37,385 nucleotides of DNA, from assembly GCA_903846945.1 (NCBI GenBank), contig CAINCE010000040.1:1-37385 (forward strand), written 5' to 3'. The translations under genes were made by a program, and so were the position numbers. The notes beneath the pieces are model-generated. The model was not told where the DNA came from, searched no databases, and was given only the letters and a program-made list of their open reading frames with translations. Of this stretch, positions 1 to 7,438 are shown in pieces. Position 1 is the first letter of the stretch, and each line of letters opens with the position of its first letter. This DNA is from an uncultured bacterium (GTDB taxonomy: Bacteria > Patescibacteriota > Minisyncoccia > Phycocordibacterales > PALSA-1337).

Positions 1-5
1 CTCTA

Positions 6-126
6 GCGAACCGTAGGTTCGCGTCCAAGGATTCGAAAAGTCTGAGTATATTTCTAGACAACTACAGGTGGCTAGAAATACGAAGACTGTACCGTTCCCG
101 TAGGGAAAGAATCCTGTATCGCGCAC
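6..126 (+). repeat. Structured REP-like element ending in a tRNA 3'-end fragment (tRNA-Val(GAC)-like); possible att remnant
   Basis: Hairpin GCGAACC-GTA-GGTTCGC (6-22); nested stems GGATTC(29-34)/GAATCC(109-114), AGTCT/AGACT, TATTTCTAG(49-57)/CTAGAAATA(72-80); hairpin TTCCC-GTA-GGGAA (95-107). 109-126 GAATCCTGTATCGCGCAC reads as T-loop end, T-stem, acceptor 3' strand and discriminator of a tRNA beginning GCGCGAT. Confidence 0.6.
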
Positions 127-203
127 AGATGGAACGTTATTGGAACACAATATATATATCGATGTGAAGTTGCTCATTTAATTCACTATGCTAAGATGGT
201 CGC

Positions 204-497
204 ATGATTACACTTCCTACGATAAAGCTGACCGTGAATTTTATCAGGGACCAAAAACAGGTCATTGCATATTCTCCTGCACTAGATATATCCACAGTCG
301 GAAAATCAGAGCCCCACGCCAAAAAGAGGTTTCAAGAATTGGTACATATTTTTTTGAAGGATATTTCCGAGAGAAATGTTGTTGATGAAGTCCTCACTGA
401 ACTAGGTTGGAAAAAGATCTCTACTCTAAATCGCAAATCAGAATGGATACCTCCTAAAGTACATTCTGTCGATCTGCAGGTACCGATGTTTGCCTAA
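204..497 (+). CDS. hicB: HicB-like antitoxin (N-terminal HicB domain)
   Basis: 97 aa with VIAYSPALDISTVGKSEPHAKKRFQELV, a HicB-like pattern; its stop abuts a HicA-like gene. Confidence 0.7.
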   Translation: MITLPTIKLTVNFIRDQKQVIAYSPALDISTVGKSEPHAKKRFQELVHIFLKDISERNVVDEVLTELGWKKISTLNRKSEWIPPKVHSVDLQVPMFA

Positions 498-725
498 ATG
501 AAACTAGCGCGAATACATTGGAAAAAATTTGAGAAATTTCTGCTGTCAGTTGGTTGCAAATTCGTCTCCGAAGAAGGAGATCATCGGAAATATCATAAGC
601 CAGGAATCCTTCGTTCAGTCATAATCCCGCGGGAGAAAGACATTCCGCAGTTTATTATCTTGAATAACCTAAGGACATTGGGTATCTCTCGTGAAGAATA
701 TTTGAAAAAGATTTCAGAGATTTGA
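498..725 (+). CDS. hicA: HicA family mRNA interferase toxin
   Basis: 75 aa basic protein with FL..VGC.FV..EGDH.KY.K...VIIP and ILNNLRTLGISREEY, the HicA dsRBD-like pattern with the conserved G-x-H. Confidence 0.8.
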   Translation: MKLARIHWKKFEKFLLSVGCKFVSEEGDHRKYHKPGILRSVIIPREKDIPQFIILNNLRTLGISREEYLKKISEI

Positions 726-730
726 TATAT

Positions 731-1372
731 ATGACCCCTAATAACGAACACAAAAAATTTCTTTACACCATCAAGATTGAGCTCGTCGGAAGTGAGCCGC
801 TTATATGGCGAAGAATCTTGATACCGTCTGATACGACTTTTTTCGCTCTGCACATTGCCATTCAAGACTCATTTGGCTGGACGGACTCTCATCTTCATCA
901 ATTCCATACCAAGACCCCATATGGTCGGGATAGAGACTACATCATTATTTCTTTCCCATACCCGGATCCAGAATTTAATGACGAGGTGAAACCGAGAGAC
1001 GAACGGTCTGAAAGGGTCTCACAATGGCTCAAAAAAGTAAAGGACGGCGTCTATTATGAGTACGATTTTGGCGACGGATGGATCCATAAGATCACTCTGG
1101 AACAAATCGAGGATTATAAGACCGGAAAATATCCGAAGCTTATCGACGGCAAGAATGCCTGTCCGCCTGAAGATTGTGGTGGACTCGGTGGTTATGGACA
1201 TCTTTTGGAAGTTCTATCAAACCCGAAACATGATGAATATGAAGATATGCTCGAGTGGCTTGATATGGAACCTGAAGAAAGGCTCGATCCGACTAAGTAT
1301 ATTCCGGTAAGGATCAGGTTCTCCGATGCAAAAAAAGAGCTGAAACGATACGAGAAAGGATTTAACTCGTGA
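731..1372 (+). CDS. Plasmid pRiA4b ORF-3 family protein
   Basis: Family motifs IWRRILIP, LHIAIQDSFGWTDSHLHQF, YEYDFGDGWIH and CPPEDCGG; ATG at 731 preferred over TTG at 722. Confidence 0.9.
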   Translation: MTPNNEHKKFLYTIKIELVGSEPLIWRRILIPSDTTFFALHIAIQDSFGWTDSHLHQFHTKTPYGRDRDYIIISFPYPDPEFNDEVKPRDERSERVSQWLKKVKDGVYYEYDFGDGWIHKITLEQIEDYKTGKYPKLIDGKNACPPEDCGGLGGYGHLLEVLSNPKHDEYEDMLEWLDMEPEERLDPTKYIPVRIRFSDAKKELKRYEKGFNS

Positions 1373-1427
1373 TATTTCGAATCAACTCTGTTCCAATATC
1401 GTCCCACAATGCGCACAAGTGGAGCTG

Positions 1428-1455
1428 TTGACATTTACAACTGATTTGCTAATCT
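1428..1455 (+). promoter_or_regulatory. Sigma70-like promoter with no downstream + strand CDS
   Basis: TTGACA (1428-1433), 16 bp spacer, TGc-TAATCT (1447-1455); points at the hairpin and U-tract at 1471-1513. Confidence 0.5.
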
Positions 1456-1470
1456 AATATTGTTTTCCAC

Positions 1471-1513
1471 AAAAGAGACCCTTGTGAGGTTCTGTCCTCA
1501 CCGGGGGCTTTTT
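1471..1513. terminator. Bulged hairpin with U-tracts at the 3' end of the NYN gene (bidirectional terminator or small RNA)
   Basis: AAAAG-AGACCC-TT-GTGAGG-TTCTGT-CCTCAC-C-GGGGG-CTTTTT. Confidence 0.6.
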
Positions 1514-2014
1514 CTAATCCAATCGTACAAAGTCCCTAACATCATTTAGATATGTTATCTTCGCACCCGTATTCATGAGAAGGACAGAACATTTGCTGTT
1601 TGGTGATACTACTGATGACATTTTTCCGATTTCGGCGAAATATTTTACAAGTCCACTAAAATCACCATCACTAGATACCAGTATCGCTTTATCAAATACA
1701 CTTTCATAGACATCTCGGGACGCCCTTAGAACCAAATCTGAATCACAATTTCCCTTTATTTGTCCATTTGATCCAGCAGTAACCTCTTTATACTTTAATA
1801 GGAATCCAGCATTTCTAATCTTATCGTACAACCTATCATACTGTGGCATGTATCCCATAAATATATACGCCCTCTTGATATCAAACTTATCGTAGAGCCA
1901 AGTATAGAGCTTCCTATAATCAACACGCCAACCGAGTCTGGCAGTACCTTTGTCGAGATTGGCAGCATCAATATAGGCATGATTGCATTTCAGTTTTTTC
2001 TTATTAATTGGCAT
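1514..2014 (-). CDS. NYN domain (LabA/DUF88, PIN-like) nuclease
   Basis: AYIDAANL, KGNCDSDLV and LVSSDGDF acidic motifs; ATG at 2014 (alternative GTG at 2032). Confidence 0.9.
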   Translation of the reverse strand: MPINKKKLKCNHAYIDAANLDKGTARLGWRVDYRKLYTWLYDKFDIKRAYIFMGYMPQYDRLYDKIRNAGFLLKYKEVTAGSNGQIKGNCDSDLVLRASRDVYESVFDKAILVSSDGDFSGLVKYFAEIGKMSSVVSPNSKCSVLLMNTGAKITYLNDVRDFVRLD

Positions 2015-2073
2015 TGGTTGATATTGTATCACAGTAAATATTAATTATTTCAAAATATGCTAATCTATACTAT

Positions 2074-3405
2074 ATGATTACCCTCGGCATAGAAACATCG
2101 TGCGATGACACCGCTCTCGCAATCATAGAGACACGACAAATGACCGGAAAATCGGCTGATTTGAACGCGACTGGAAAATTAGAAGGTTTGAATGGCGTCC
2201 AAAACACCGAATGTCGCGTCATCAGCTCCCTAGTGCATTCGCAAGCTGAACTCCATAGTGCATATGGCGGTGTATACCCAAATCTAGCCAAGCGTGAACA
2301 TGGCAAGAACCTCGTACCACTCCTACATAAATTATTGGCAGACTATCCAAACACTTCGAAAACGCCCAATATCATAAGTCCAGAAAAGTTTGCGGAAATA
2401 CTTTCACATTTCAAATCAGATCTAGAAGCACAGAATCCAGATCTCTGGCTATCAATATCTGGTGCTGATTTCCTCCGATCGATTCCAGCGATAGATCGTA
2501 TCGCAGTGACTGAAGGACCAGGACTCGAACCTGCACTCTGGGTCGGCATCATATTTGCACGCGTTCTAGGGGCATTGTGGAATATCCCGATAGTGGCAGT
2601 AAATCATATGGAGGGTCACATCCTCGGTTCACTACTAGAGTCTGATAAGGCGACTGGGACTTGGCATAAACTAAAACCGCTTGAATTCCCTGCTCTAGCA
2701 CTGCTCATAAGTGGTGGGCATACGGAACTAGTGAGGATCGACGAGCAAATATATTATGTGCCCGCCTCCGATGGTGCGAATTTCAGACCGAATGATGTCG
2801 AAATGAATTCACTTGTATACACCATCCTTGGACAAACCCTAGATGACGCAGTCGGTGAAGCTTTCGACAAAGTTGCGCGACTCCTAGGACTGCCATATCC
2901 AGGAGGACCACACATTTCCAAGCTCTCCGAAGAAGCCAGTGAACTCATGACACCATCTCCAGTCAAACTACCTAGACCAATGATGAAAAGTGACAACCTC
3001 AACTTCTCCTTTTCAGGTTTGAAGACAGCTGTCCTCTATGCCGTTCGCGCTGCCGTACAACCGGATGGTCGATTGACAGATGAGTTTAAACGAGGTCTAG
3101 CGCACGAATTTGAGCTAGCAGTCACCGAAACCCTAGACTGGAAGCTACGACGCGCTATAGAGCAGATAGGGGCTAAAACGGTCATTGTAGGAGGCGGTGT
3201 TAGTGCCAATAGCATGCTCAGGGAGCGATTTACCAAGGTTGCGGAGAAATACGATATCCCCATCTATCTACCCTCTCGACATATCTCTGGTGACAACGCT
3301 CTCATGATTGCACTAGCTGGAGCTATGGATCCGTCAGAGCCATATTCAAATACTGATTCAAAACCTTTGAAAGCTGATGGAACGAAGAAGTTGGGTCGCA
3401 AGTGA
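2074..3405 (+). CDS. tsaD: tRNA N6-adenosine threonylcarbamoyltransferase TsaD, with several insertions
   Basis: LGIETSCDDT, YGGVYP, GPGL, NHMEGH, LLISGGHT, TLDDAVGEAFDK, FSFSGLKT, GGGVSAN, DNALMIA. Confidence 0.97.
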   Translation: MITLGIETSCDDTALAIIETRQMTGKSADLNATGKLEGLNGVQNTECRVISSLVHSQAELHSAYGGVYPNLAKREHGKNLVPLLHKLLADYPNTSKTPNIISPEKFAEILSHFKSDLEAQNPDLWLSISGADFLRSIPAIDRIAVTEGPGLEPALWVGIIFARVLGALWNIPIVAVNHMEGHILGSLLESDKATGTWHKLKPLEFPALALLISGGHTELVRIDEQIYYVPASDGANFRPNDVEMNSLVYTILGQTLDDAVGEAFDKVARLLGLPYPGGPHISKLSEEASELMTPSPVKLPRPMMKSDNLNFSFSGLKTAVLYAVRAAVQPDGRLTDEFKRGLAHEFELAVTETLDWKLRRAIEQIGAKTVIVGGGVSANSMLRERFTKVAEKYDIPIYLPSRHISGDNALMIALAGAMDPSEPYSNTDSKPLKADGTKKLGRK

Positions 3406-3431
3406 TTAGTGATTAGTGATCAGTGATTAGT
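3402..3431. repeat. Heptamer tandem repeat (GTGATTA)x~4
   Basis: gtgatta gtgatta gtgatca gtgatta gt; overlaps the tsaD stop codon. Confidence 0.9.
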
Positions 3432-3475
3432 AACAGAAAAGCGCCTGATGATTTCTCACGAGGCGCCTTCTGTTT
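3432..3475. terminator. Probable bidirectional terminator between convergent genes
   Basis: AACAGAA-AA-GCGCCT...AGGCGC-C-TTCTGTT inverted repeat. Confidence 0.65.
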
Positions 3476-3477
3476 AC

Positions 3478-3493
3478 TCCGCCAGCTGGCGGA
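3478..3493. repeat. 16-bp perfect palindrome TCCGCCAGCTGGCGGA
   Basis: Perfect palindrome; a 14/16 copy lies inside gyrB (7691-7706) and related CCGCC/GGCGG units occur near 9709-9738 and in pheT and alaS. Confidence 0.8.
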
Positions 3494-3510
3494 TCTCTGA
3501 TCTCTGTAAT

Positions 3511-4671
3511 CTACCTAAACAAACTCAAGATGAAATCCCAGAATTTTCCGAGTATAGAAGTATTAGCTGCGGCTGCTGTTTGTGAGCCATCCGCACTCAA
3601 ACCAATATCCGTAGAGGTTGAATTTGTGTCAGAACCAATTTCTAGAACTGGACCGGCTTCAGGGTTTGAAATTGATGACCCTTCTTCCGCCAATCGTGCC
3701 TTGTAAGCATCGATGATAGACATCTCATCTGCACTCAATGTGAGAGGACTGTTACATGCCAATTTGTTAATCTGCTTCATGGTCGTGATGTAAACGAAAC
3801 CAGATGATTGAGTTGCACCCCACGGTCCCATGATATCACTCATGTATTTTGTCTGGAAAGCTTTGACAGCATTTTCTGTTGCCTGGTCGAACTGACCATT
3901 CACTGCGAGATTGATAGTGAGGATTTTGTTCAGAAATGCTTGGAGTTTAGATACATCCGATGCGTTGTTGTTTGATCCGAACTTCATTTGTGAACTGATC
4001 AATGGGCAAGATGATGTTCCTGTATAAGCGAGTGCAAACAACGGATTGATGGAACTTCCACCAGAAGAGTAGCTCCCACCACCACCTTGAATAGCGGTGT
4101 TAGTTGTTGAATTGTTATCAACTGGAGCAAATGCTGCCTGTATGTTGATGTTTGCAAAAACTGAAGTCATTATATTACAAACCGTCGTATTTCCCCCGCA
4201 ACCTCCGCTGACATTCGACGCGTCATTCAATACACCATCCTGCGTATAACTCACGATCTTCCATCCAGCATCTGGTGTGATACCAAAATTGATGAAACTA
4301 CCAACTGTTAGTTGTGAAGGGCACACAACCCAGTTGCATGTAACGACGATGCTTCCATTTCCTGTAACAGAAGTTGTAGCTGTGTATGTAGTAGGACTTC
4401 CCTCGTTACCATTGGAACCGCCCATTTTAGGCATAATGATACCGGCATCATTACCATTCGAACCACCAGTTACTGGTAGGGTCGTAGACCCTGCATCGTC
4501 ACTATTGGAACTGGTCGCAGCTGGTACAACTGGCTCAGGGGAATCAGAGCCGACTAGAGATGGTAGAATGACTACATCCTCGGCAAAAACCATAGTAGGA
4601 GATACTCGCATAGCTCCAAATAGGATAACGGCAGAAATAATAACAAAACTGATATAATTTACTTGTTTCAT
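3511..4671 (-). CDS. Secreted low-complexity protein with a C-terminal peptidoglycan-binding domain
   Basis: N-terminal signal peptide, Ser/Gly/Thr-rich linker, small Ig-like repeat with Cys pairs, then GSNNNASDVSKLQAFLN...VNGQFDQATENAVKAFQ (PG_binding_1 pattern). Confidence 0.8.
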   Translation of the reverse strand: MKQVNYISFVIISAVILFGAMRVSPTMVFAEDVVILPSLVGSDSPEPVVPAATSSNSDDAGSTTLPVTGGSNGNDAGIIMPKMGGSNGNEGSPTTYTATTSVTGNGSIVVTCNWVVCPSQLTVGSFINFGITPDAGWKIVSYTQDGVLNDASNVSGGCGGNTTVCNIMTSVFANINIQAAFAPVDNNSTTNTAIQGGGGSYSSGGSSINPLFALAYTGTSSCPLISSQMKFGSNNNASDVSKLQAFLNKILTINLAVNGQFDQATENAVKAFQTKYMSDIMGPWGATQSSGFVYITTMKQINKLACNSPLTLSADEMSIIDAYKARLAEEGSSISNPEAGPVLEIGSDTNSTSTDIGLSADGSQTAAAANTSILGKFWDFILSLFR

Positions 4672-4800
4672 GATAAATTTGAATTAATAATATGATTCTA
4701 ACCCTTGGACTGCAGGGTTATAGGACTATAATAAACGATGACTTGCAAGTTGCGATTCAGACTCGACCCTAGCATATCATTCTATTTCTGTCAACAATAT

Positions 4801-4827
4801 AGGCCCTCTGTATTGAACAGAGGGCCT
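4801..4827. terminator. Hairpin downstream of the 4865-5950 gene
   Basis: AGGCCCTCTGT-ATTGA-ACAGAGGGCCT, 11-bp perfect stem. Confidence 0.65.
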
Positions 4828-4864
4828 TCACAAAACTAACCTGAGAACTCGCTACCACTGGGCG

Positions 4865-5950
4865 TCACTCGGGACCATTGGAGACCACGAAGGTCAACTT
4901 GATAGCTTTTCCGATGACCGCGATATCCTTGGGGGATACGAGTGCCGCAGCAACAGGGTTTCGAACCTGGAATGTACGGTAGAATCCAGTGTCGAGTGAC
5001 CCAGTATTCGCGGGTGTACTAGCGAACTTATACCCGTCGGGCAATCCGCTTGCGGAGATCGTCGTCCAGACAGACCCTTCGATACTCAACTCCGGTGTCC
5101 ATTCGAGTCCGTATGTGAACGGGAGCAGCCGTTGGCCGTAGATGGTCATATTTGCATTCGTTCCGGGCGGGAGCGATGAAACATTTCCGAAAACTGGCCT
5201 GCTCGACAGCGTGTTCGTCACCCCAAAGCCAGCAGTGTAAACTGCGACCTTGAGAACGAACTCCTGCGCCATAAAGGCTCTGAAGTAATTGGCGTTGAGA
5301 TTGACCGCCCCGATGTCGGCACATTGCCAAGTGACGCGAGGCAAGGCCTCTACGCGGTTGATTGGATGACTAGCGATACTCTCGCCGTTGTGATAAGTCG
5401 CAATAATGTTGCCTGCACCGTCCCACAACTCACCTTTCAGTGTGGTTGAGAACGTAAGAGGCATGCCATCTGCTGTATTTATCGCCAGGTTTCCCGAGTA
5501 ACCAAGTGTGTTGTTGTTCGCGTCGTTAGACGAGAACTTGAACCAGATGTCGCTCATGAGGAAAGGAGTGACACTCGACCATGATATGGCCGCGCCCATC
5601 CTTTTGCCGGTCTCATTCACAAACGCTCCAGTGGGTGAATTCGTTCCGTCCCACATCTTGAATGCCGCCGAAGTAGAACTGACGATATCGACGAACCTCA
5701 AGACTGGGGGAATGTTCAATGCTCCAGGGTCGTTGCCGATGTCCGTAGAGATCGACGCCGACGAACCCAGTTCCATGAACGAAAAGACGTTCTGTTGGGC
5801 CGCGGGGTTGTTCGTGCTGTGAGAGGACGGGATAACGACGAAGTTGAGCCCGACATTCGGACTATTCACCGCCACACTCGTACCACCTGAACCGAACCAC
5901 ATGCCCGTCGCGAGGACGAACAACATTACCGACATTTTCATTTTTTTCAT
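4865..5950 (-). CDS. Secreted hypothetical protein
   Basis: Start at MKKMKMSVMLFVLATG (ATG 5950, purine-rich upstream) gives a signal peptide; beta-rich body; visibly more GC-rich than the flanks. Confidence 0.75.
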   Translation of the reverse strand: MKKMKMSVMLFVLATGMWFGSGGTSVAVNSPNVGLNFVVIPSSHSTNNPAAQQNVFSFMELGSSASISTDIGNDPGALNIPPVLRFVDIVSSTSAAFKMWDGTNSPTGAFVNETGKRMGAAISWSSVTPFLMSDIWFKFSSNDANNNTLGYSGNLAINTADGMPLTFSTTLKGELWDGAGNIIATYHNGESIASHPINRVEALPRVTWQCADIGAVNLNANYFRAFMAQEFVLKVAVYTAGFGVTNTLSSRPVFGNVSSLPPGTNANMTIYGQRLLPFTYGLEWTPELSIEGSVWTTISASGLPDGYKFASTPANTGSLDTGFYRTFQVRNPVAAALVSPKDIAVIGKAIKLTFVVSNGPE

Positions 5951-6142
5951 AGTTTCTCTTTCTATTTCCGCATTATTTGATTGTTTCCACCTCCCCATTC
6001 ACGAGTTTAGGCGCTGAAAAGCGACATATTTCATGAATCTTCTGGAGCTGGTTGACTGTTTGTCTACAATTCTTCTACCAAATTCTTGACAAAATGTCAA
6101 TAGGGCTATTTATAAATGTCATTGTGCCTTATAATGTAACCT

Positions 6143-6892
6143 ATGACTCTGAGTTCATTCATTTATGCTCTCTTGGCTGGTATATTGCCATCTCTCATCT
6201 GGTTATGGTTCTGGCTCCGTGAAGATAGCGAGCGCAGTGAACCCAGATGGTTATTGACCGCATCCTTTTTCGGTGGCGTCGTCGCGGTACTGATCGCGAT
6301 ATTTGTCGAGAAATCGATCTCGGATGTAGTCTCTGACAACAATACAAAATACATCCTGTGGGCAGCAACAGAAGAAATACTCAAGTTCGTCGCCGTAACT
6401 GTGATCGTCTTGAAATCCAAATACAACGATGAGCCATTGAAGCCTATGATTTACTGCATCGTCGTGGCACTCGGATTCGCGGCACTGGAAAATGCCCTGT
6501 TCTTGCTCGAACCAGTCCGACTCGGAGCTATCGCTCAGAGCATTGTCACTGGAAATATGAGGTTTATGGGTGCAACGCTCGTCCATGTCGTCTGTTCAGC
6601 CGTTATCGGATTCTCATTGGGTGTCACATTCTACCGAGGTGTGATTTCAAAATTCTTTGCCATAGCCATATCTATTGTGGCAGCCATCACTCTACATTCG
6701 ATATTCAATATCTCCATCGTCAGAGCAGATCCAAATGACATTTTGAAGATATTTGCATGGATATGGCTCGCCGTAGTCATCTTGATCATCCTATTCGAAG
6801 AGGTCAAGGCAGTGAAACCGAGATCAGGTGACTTTTCCCCTTCCATAAAATCCAATACTCGTATAAAATATACCAGTAAGATAAATATCTAA
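6143..6892 (+). CDS. prsW: PrsW family glutamic-type intramembrane protease
   Basis: Multi-TM protein with ATEEILKF, GFAALENA, ATLVH and LHSIFN motifs. Confidence 0.9.
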   Translation: MTLSSFIYALLAGILPSLIWLWFWLREDSERSEPRWLLTASFFGGVVAVLIAIFVEKSISDVVSDNNTKYILWAATEEILKFVAVTVIVLKSKYNDEPLKPMIYCIVVALGFAALENALFLLEPVRLGAIAQSIVTGNMRFMGATLVHVVCSAVIGFSLGVTFYRGVISKFFAIAISIVAAITLHSIFNISIVRADPNDILKIFAWIWLAVVILIILFEEVKAVKPRSGDFSPSIKSNTRIKYTSKINI

Positions 6893-6902
6893 TTAAAACA
6901 TC

Positions 6903-7376
6903 ATGTCAAAAGAAAAAAAATCATTTTTTGAGAGGTTAACTGGAACAGTACGCATGGAAGAAGAAGCGGAACCAAAGCCTACAAAGAAAGGCGGTGACAA
7001 TAACGGTACTGATGTTGCCAATTGGATGGATACCGAGACCGAGCAAGACGGCGAGTTGACCATAGATGTCTACCAGACAACGGATAGTATCGTCATAAAG
7101 TCCATGATAGCTGGTGTTCGACCCGAAGACCTCGATATCTCTATCACTCGTGATATGGTCACGATCAGAGGCAAGCGCGAGGAAGAACGCATCGCACGAG
7201 ATGATGACTATTTTGCTCGCGAACTATATTGGGGATCATTTTCTCGTTCCATCTCCCTACCAGAAGAAATCGACGTCGACGAAGCAGAAGCTATGGAAAA
7301 GCACGGTCTACTCATATTGAAATTACCCAAGTTAGACAAGAAAAGGCAGTCGAAGTTGAAGGTTAGGACGGCGTAG
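6903..7376 (+). CDS. Hsp20/alpha-crystallin small heat shock protein
   Basis: IDVYQT..., AGVRPEDLDI, ELYWGSFSRSISLPEEID, GLLILKLPK. Confidence 0.93.
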   Translation: MSKEKKSFFERLTGTVRMEEEAEPKPTKKGGDNNGTDVANWMDTETEQDGELTIDVYQTTDSIVIKSMIAGVRPEDLDISITRDMVTIRGKREEERIARDDDYFARELYWGSFSRSISLPEEIDVDEAEAMEKHGLLILKLPKLDKKRQSKLKVRTA

Positions 7377-7438
7377 ACACTTTCAGCACGGAGTCAGGAA
7401 AATATCCGTGCCCCTGAATTGATTTTGCTTGCTCTGTG

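Noticed and set aside
1-126. Complete tRNA gene
   Set aside because: Only the 3' 18 nt are tRNA-like; no D or anticodon arm can be built within the window.
188-385. 65-aa + strand ORF
   Set aside because: Overlaps the better-supported HicB-like frame and has no motif.
6086-6100. Palindrome TTGACA-AAA-TGTCAA as a CIRCE heat-shock operator for prsW-hsp20
   Set aside because: Does not match CIRCE (TTAGCACTC-N9-GAGTGCTAA); may simply be back-to-back -35 boxes of divergent genes.
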